From Abditibacterium sp. (GTDB taxonomy: Bacteria; Armatimonadota; Abditibacteriia; Abditibacteriales; Abditibacteriaceae), in assembly GCA_965246885.1 (NCBI GenBank), contig OZ251992.1, positions 288,001-352,000 of the forward strand: DNA of 64,000 nucleotides, given 5' to 3'. The notes below the pieces were generated by a model. It was not told the origin of the DNA and did not search any database. It worked only from the letters and a program-made list of their open reading frames with translations. Position 1 is the first letter of the stretch; the number at the start of each line of letters is the position of its first letter. Below, one piece after another: positions 59,353-64,000 of the stretch. Made by a program: the position numbers and the translations under genes.

Positions 59353-59563
59353 GTGGTTGCTACCCCGTCGCAAAGTTTCGTAAATTAATCAAGCATGAAA
59401 AAGCACGTCCCTTTGCCTCGCCTCGCTCTTGCCTTGATTTTGGTGCCGCTCTTGACCTCGCTTGCATCCTCTCAAGAAACGATGAGCAGAAAAGACCGCT
59501 TGGCGCTGGAATCGGCCAAACGTCAAGACGCCTCATCTGCCCGAAAGATGATGAAGATTATTA

Positions 59564-60418
59564 ACCAGTGGTGCGGGTAGTTCAGAGGGCGAAGTCGGCA
59601 AGTTGGAGTTTGACTTTGCCCGTCCAGTTGATGCAGATGTTGAAGGCGGCGACCACATAGGCGAGGCGCGCACGTAGGGCGGGCCATGTGCGGTTGCTCA
59701 TCCTCTTGAGTCCAAGCACCCGGGTGAAGAGCGAGAAGATGGTCTCAATGAGCATCCGCTCGTTCCACTTGCCGCGCTTGCACACCAGCAAGTTGTCCGG
59801 GTCGCCTTCGTGGGCGTGAAAGCCTTGGTCGCTCAACACGATCATCTCCTCGCGCACGCGGTCAATCATCGCGTGGAAGGCGCTGTCATGGCACGCGGCA
59901 CCGGCACAAAGCCACCTCACGATCTGACCTTGGCTGTTGCAAAGCACAACGAACTTGGCGCCCACGATCCATCGGTGGTTGGAGAGGGTCTTGCGCCCGA
60001 TCTGGCGGGGGCTACGTCCTTGGCGGCGCGGGTGCAACAGTTCGATACCTAAGCTGTCGCACACGCCAAACAAGGTGGGGTCGGCGAGAAAATGCTGGGT
60101 TTGCTCTGCGTGTTGCTCGAACAAGCGGAACAAGCGCGTGCGCTCTGGCAAGCGGGGGAAAAGCTCCTTCAACTCGCGTTTAGCCCAGCGATAAAAGGCG
60201 CGATTGCCCCCGCCCTTCAAAGCGTGAAGCAGGCCCAAGGTCACCACTTCGCTGGGATGAAGATGGGCTAAGGGGTGTTTGAGGGCAGCCAAGGCGTCGT
60301 CCACACGGCAAAACAGAGACACGGTAAAATCTTGAAGGGTCACAGGTCGCTCCTTGAGGTTTGGTCACCATCAAGATTACGCTGACCTGTGGCCTCACCG
60401 CAAACCCGCACCACTGGT
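59564..60418 (-). mobile_element. IS982-family-like insertion sequence (855 bp)
   Basis: 15-bp perfect terminal IR ACCAGTGGTGCGGGT (59564-59578 / 60404-60418) flanked by TATTA direct repeats. Confidence 0.88.
59582..60343 (-). CDS. DDE transposase (IS982-like)
   Basis: LFCRVDD, SEVVT, FPRLPERTRL.R, DS, SDQGF, R..IETIFS. Confidence 0.85.
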   Translation of the reverse strand: MTLQDFTVSLFCRVDDALAALKHPLAHLHPSEVVTLGLLHALKGGGNRAFYRWAKRELKELFPRLPERTRLFRLFEQHAEQTQHFLADPTLFGVCDSLGIELLHPRRQGRSPRQIGRKTLSNHRWIVGAKFVVLCNSQGQIVRWLCAGAACHDSAFHAMIDRVREEMIVLSDQGFHAHEGDPDNLLVCKRGKWNERMLIETIFSLFTRVLGLKRMSNRTWPALRARLAYVVAAFNICINWTGKVKLQLADFAL

Positions 60419-60693
60419 TATTAGGCTGAATGGCGATTACCCCTATGTTTCATCTATACGCCCAGTTGTCTTGGAGGTCTGGGAGCCATCTATTATCCTC
60501 CACATAAAGATGAAGCCTTCGTGGACAAAGCTGTCTCCTTCCAAGAAGAGGAAAGCTACTCAGTCATTGCTCAAACTGTGGGATTCTTTTTGCTCGATGC
60601 AAAGTCCGCCGAGTTATGCTTGGATTAGAATCTACGACTCAGGAGGGCAACAGGTGGGCGAGGCAAGTAAAGGGAGTGAGTAAGCCACTCATC

Positions 60694-60727
60694 AACAGCC
60701 CGCCGTTCTCTCGAACGGCGGGCTGTT
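60694..60727. terminator. Bidirectional terminator hairpin
   Basis: AACAGCCCGCCGTTC-TCTC-GAACGGCGGGCTGTT between convergent genes. Confidence 0.75.
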
Positions 60728-60749
60728 TGTTCTTATTATCAGTTGACCC

Positions 60750-61229
60750 TTAGAAAATTGTTCTGTGTGTTCTATAAAAGGCGTGGGCCTTTTCGGATTG
60801 ATCTTTCCAAAACGCAACTTTGGCTGCATCATTTTTAGTCTCGTCATCAAACTTAGTCAAAGCGCCTATTTTATACATGAGATTGTAAAACCCGTCAGTT
60901 GGCATCCCATTTTGTTTACCAACACCAAAACAGCTTGCAAAAAATTGGTGTTCTATGTAGCTATGACGCGAGATAAACCCCATATAATCTCCCAATAAAT
61001 CTTGATCGAATCCATTCCAGCTTCGAGTGTCTATCTGGAATGGCACACCGAGCCTGATGTTGGGCAGACAAAAATCGACACCTTGCACTAAATTGGAATA
61101 GTTAATCCAGTTCTCTTTGTGTGACCTTGCTGCACTGGCGATTCGTGCTTCCAAAGCGGTCACAGCATTCCAGTCTTTAGGCGCATATTTCCATTCTATG
61201 CTCAGCAATTTCTCAGCGATTGGGTTCAT
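60750..61229 (-). CDS. Hypothetical protein, AT-rich (probably horizontally acquired)
   Basis: 159-aa ORF with GGAGG RBS; visibly lower GC than flanks. Confidence 0.75.
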   Translation of the reverse strand: MNPIAEKLLSIEWKYAPKDWNAVTALEARIASAARSHKENWINYSNLVQGVDFCLPNIRLGVPFQIDTRSWNGFDQDLLGDYMGFISRHSYIEHQFFASCFGVGKQNGMPTDGFYNLMYKIGALTKFDDETKNDAAKVAFWKDQSEKAHAFYRTHRTIF

Positions 61230-61342
61230 TGTTCTTCCTCCATAAATTATCCAGCACGTTCATTAGGCTAACTGAAACCATACATCCAAGCAAGACAAGA
61301 AATGAAAGGCGCGCCGCTTTCTCGAACGGCGCGCTCCTGAAG

Positions 61343-62830
61343 CTACCAACTCAGCGACTTTGTAAACGCGGTCGCTTCGGTTTCGTAGGTGTGGAAGGGG
61401 TTGCGGAGTTCGAGGTGGCGGTCTTTGTCGACGCGCACCCAGTCCCAGTCAATGAGGTAGCGGCCCCATTTGTGGGCGATGAGTTGAGAAATCACTTCGG
61501 CGCGGCCTTTGGCGCGGGTGTTTTGCGGCGGGAGTTTGGTGGCGTTTTCGATTTGCTCGTCGGTCAGCATCCGGTGGGCGTCGCCCAACTCTTCGAGGCC
61601 GAAATAGAGGCCCGTCGCGGGGTTGATGTTGTGGTATTCGAGGTCGAGCGAATGGAGAACGTCGTCGCCCCAGCCGACTTTCTCGGAGTCCATATATTCG
61701 AGCAGCATCTTCTTTTTTGCCACCCAGTCGAGCTTGTCGGCTAAACGCATCGGGTCGCTTTCCAAGAGGGCGAGGGTGGATTCCCACTCGTAAATCGCCT
61801 CGTCGGTCTGGGCGTCTTTGCCTTTGAGATGCTTTTGCGCGGCTTCGAGATAGAAGCGTTGCAGGTCTACCGCGCTCATGGTTTTGCCGCCCGTTCCGCG
61901 CACGGGCCACTTCTGGGTTTGGTCGCGCGAGACGGATTTGAGGGCCGACAGCGCGTCTTCGAGGCGCACGTCTTGGGGCACGACTTTCATGTCGAGCAGG
62001 TCGAGGACGAGGCACGTCGTCGCCACTTTGAGCCACGTCGCGTATTCCATCATGTTCGGCTCGCCATACAGGACGTGCAAGCGGTGCAAGTCAGAGTAGT
62101 CGTAATACGAATCGCGCTTGGGGTTGATGATGGCGCGGTTGAAGCGCACGCGCGACGACACGGTGTTGACGATGTGATCGGCGCGCTGCGACAGTTGGAA
62201 ATCAACGGTGTCGTCTATCTCGACGCCATAGAAATCGGCGACCCACATCGTGTCCACCTCGTGTTCGCCCACGCTCATAATGTTGCGCCGGAAGTCGTGG
62301 CGGTTCAGCTTGTGCCCGCCGACGCGCCCGACACCCGCGAAAATCTGCCGCGTCACCAGAAACGGCATTAGCAAACTCAGCGAGCCGCGAAACGCCGACG
62401 CGGAAATATCTACCAGATAGTTCTCGTGGCAACCGAAGGTGTGCCCGCCGAAGTGGTCAATCGAGTTGGCGTAGAACGCCACATCCTCGGACAGTTCCAA
62501 ATCTTCGAGGAGGGATTGTAAAATGACGCGCCCCGCGCGGTCAAAGGCCACCACATCGCGCCAGTTGGTGCATTCGGGCGTGGCGTATTCCTCGTGCGAG
62601 CCGACGGCATCCACATACAAACGCCCGCCGTTGATCAAAAACCCGCCCGAACGCGCCGGTTCAAACGCATAATCGCGCGCGTGCATATCGAGCAGCCCGA
62701 TCTTTTTCCGCAGAAAAGCGTGGTCTTTGACCGCCTCGACAATGCGCTCACTCCCGCCGCGCCCGCCAATGCGGTCGTTGCGAACCATACAGCCAAACTC
62801 GGTTTCAATCCCGACGATGCGTTGTTCCAT
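61343..62830 (-). CDS. pafA: Pup/UBact-protein ligase, PafA family
   Basis: RIVGIETEFG, FL.NGGRLYVD.VGSH.EYATPEC, GCHENYL, PFLVTRQIFAG.G, SQRAD, RLHV..GE.NM, LDWVAKK, LDLEYH, PP.NTRA..R, NPF. Confidence 0.85.
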   Translation of the reverse strand: MEQRIVGIETEFGCMVRNDRIGGRGGSERIVEAVKDHAFLRKKIGLLDMHARDYAFEPARSGGFLINGGRLYVDAVGSHEEYATPECTNWRDVVAFDRAGRVILQSLLEDLELSEDVAFYANSIDHFGGHTFGCHENYLVDISASAFRGSLSLLMPFLVTRQIFAGVGRVGGHKLNRHDFRRNIMSVGEHEVDTMWVADFYGVEIDDTVDFQLSQRADHIVNTVSSRVRFNRAIINPKRDSYYDYSDLHRLHVLYGEPNMMEYATWLKVATTCLVLDLLDMKVVPQDVRLEDALSALKSVSRDQTQKWPVRGTGGKTMSAVDLQRFYLEAAQKHLKGKDAQTDEAIYEWESTLALLESDPMRLADKLDWVAKKKMLLEYMDSEKVGWGDDVLHSLDLEYHNINPATGLYFGLEELGDAHRMLTDEQIENATKLPPQNTRAKGRAEVISQLIAHKWGRYLIDWDWVRVDKDRHLELRNPFHTYETEATAFTKSLSW

Positions 62831-62886
62831 GATGTGGGGTCTGCTCCCTGCAAATTGAGGGGCGAAGAGGAGTTTAAGAGGGTGCG

Positions 62887-63168
62887 TTACTTGCCGCGTT
62901 TGAGGAGGCGCCAGCCACCACGGATCAGCAAAATTCCGAAATAACAAAAGACCAAGCCCATCAATGCTGAGCCACTCACCGCAGAAAGACTCGCAGGACG
63001 CGGCGTAGGAATTCCGGCAAAACGGAACGCGATTCCGGTCATGCAAATACCACCCAGAACAAAAAGTGAGAAGCCCTGAAATACATGAGTCAGCCCCTTC
63101 CAGTTAGTCCAAAAAGTGCGAGACGGTTTTGAACGCGGGTCGGCGATGGGGGGCGGTTCGGGGTTCAT
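62887..63168 (-). CDS. Small 2-TM membrane protein (MNPEPPPIAD...)
   Basis: Paralogous to 63324-63608 (shared N-terminus, G..H, G.LLIR.G.R). Confidence 0.7.
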   Translation of the reverse strand: MNPEPPPIADPRSKPSRTFWTNWKGLTHVFQGFSLFVLGGICMTGIAFRFAGIPTPRPASLSAVSGSALMGLVFCYFGILLIRGGWRLLKRGK

Positions 63169-63194
63169 GGCGAGGCGTCGGAGTTTATGGGCAG

Positions 63195-63312
63195 CGCGTC
63201 CGGGAGGACGCTTGGCGAAGCCGGATGCCGGGGATTTCATATCCCCGAACACCAACGGGGGTATAAAACCCCCGGCATCCGGGCGCAAGCGCCCAAGCGT
63301 CCTGCCGGACGC
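63195..63312. repeat. REP/REPIN-like nested palindromic element
   Basis: Outer IR GCGTCCGG..GGACGCTTGG / CCAAGCGTCC..CCGGACGC; inner CCGGATGCCGGGG / CCCCGGCATCCGG with two small hairpins. Confidence 0.7.
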
Positions 63313-63323
63313 GGCGCCGCGAT

Positions 63324-63608
63324 TCACCGCCCGTACTTCCAGATTCGCAGCCCATGCCGGATGAGCAGGAAGCCCAACGCGCACAGAACCAGCGAGAACA
63401 CACCCACTACGGCGTAGCCAAAAGTGTTGCCGAGCGTCATTCGTGGCATGAGGTCGCCGGGTATGAAAAACCCCAACAACAACGTCGGCACGCCAAAGCA
63501 AATGTGAACCAGCCCCAACAACCAAGTCCAAACCGTGCGCGGCGCCGTTTCGATGGGTAGGGGCGGCGCCCCTTGCGCGTCGGCAATGGGCGGCGGGTCG
63601 GGGTTCAT
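63324..63608 (-). CDS. Small 2-TM membrane protein (MNPDPPPIAD...)
   Basis: 94 aa, two hydrophobic helices. Confidence 0.7.
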   Translation of the reverse strand: MNPDPPPIADAQGAPPLPIETAPRTVWTWLLGLVHICFGVPTLLLGFFIPGDLMPRMTLGNTFGYAVVGVFSLVLCALGFLLIRHGLRIWKYGR

Positions 63609-63623
63609 GGGATAGCACGCGGG

Positions 63624-63788
63624 CTAATAACCTTGGGTGCACATCGCGTAAATGAAGCAGCCAGCCCCGATAATATAGGCCAGAAAGAAGGCGGCAAGGA
63701 GAATCACTGCGCGGCTCACTGGCGGTCGTTGCGGCGGGTCGGGCGGCGCCCCATGCGGGTTGGCAATGGGCGGCGGTTCGGCGGGCAC
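63624..63788 (-). CDS. 54-aa single-TM protein (MPAEPPPIAN...), not in the ORF track
   Basis: GTG start 6 nt after TATACT; MPAEPPPIANPHGAPPDPPQRPPVSRAVILLAAFFLAYIIGAGCFIYAMCTQGY*. Confidence 0.65.
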   Translation of the reverse strand: MPAEPPPIANPHGAPPDPPQRPPVSRAVILLAAFFLAYIIGAGCFIYAMCTQGY

Positions 63789-63808
63789 CGCCGAAGTATA
63801 CGGACGAA

Positions 63809-63838
63809 AAAGGCGCGCACCAAGCGGTGCGCGCCTTT
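63809..63838 (-). terminator. Rho-independent terminator of msrA
   Basis: AAAGGCGCGCACC-4 nt-GGTGCGCGCCTTT followed by a T-run on the minus strand. Confidence 0.75.
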
Positions 63839-63840
63839 CC

Positions 63841-64000
63841 CTACTTCAACTTCCCCGCGAACTTCGCGCGGAATTCGGCGATTTCGGGGGCGATGACGCC
63901 CGCGCAGTAGGGTTGCTGCGGGTGCAGGTTGTAGTAGTCGAGGTGGTAGTCTTCGGCGCGATAGAAAGTCTTGAGCGGTGCGACTTCGGTCACGATGGGC
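63841..64000 (-). CDS. msrA: Peptide methionine sulfoxide reductase MsrA, C-terminal part (truncated by window)
   Basis: PIVTEVAPLKTFYRAEDYHLDYYNLHPQQPYC..VIAP. Confidence 0.9.
   Translation of the reverse strand, partial: PIVTEVAPLKTFYRAEDYHLDYYNLHPQQPYCAGVIAPEIAEFRAKFAGKLK

Larger units (their letters stand above)
59395..60683 (+). pseudogene. Secreted-protein gene interrupted by IS
   Basis: Removing the IS and one TATTA copy rejoins MKKHVPLPRLALAL...KMMKII to RLNGDYPY...ASKGSE* in frame. Confidence 0.85.

Noticed and set aside
58627..61337. Repeated hairpins as integron attC sites
   Set aside because: No convincing RYYYAAC/GTTRRRY boxes and no integron integrase; they lie at gene ends and look like bidirectional terminators.
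57978..63788. A Pup/UBact modifier gene near pafA
   Set aside because: None of the small ORFs ends in a GG(E/Q)- or R(S/T)G(E/Q)-type C-terminus.

Overview
GC-rich bacterial chromosome segment. The gene content (several prepilin/H-X9-DG DUF1559 genes, a DUF6785-type membrane protein, a PafA-family ligase) suggests Armatimonadota/Abditibacteriota; this is an inference. Left end: aqpZ (partial), dapB, asd and a decayed sialate O-acetylesterase. About 5.6-57 kb is a carbohydrate-catabolism region. It holds a hexuronate operon (SDR, LarA-family epimerase, UxaC-like, UxaE), two 'GntR regulator, tandem DUF1559 pilin-like genes, secreted glycoside hydrolase/CBM proteins' loci, an aminotransferase/M81/creatininase operon, a large adhesin-like protein with a (G[S/G]TT)~60 tail, and a large GH2-like enzyme. 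About 57.5-61.3 kb is a variable hot spot with two toxin-antitoxin cassettes bounded by a recurring 29-bp site, FN3-gene remnants, a long foldback, and an IS982-like element that splits a secreted-protein gene. pafA, three PPPIA-motif membrane micro-proteins and msrA (partial) follow. Main unexplained structures: (i) seven dispersed degenerate tandem arrays that all have a 21-bp period, one inserted in frame in a gene; (ii) the repeat-bounded TA cassette array; (iii) the pilin-led polysaccharide loci, including an orphan C-terminal pilin cassette; (iv) a shared FadR-type operator AAGGTAGAACC(T/A) at three promoters. All family calls come from motif recognition by eye, not database searches.
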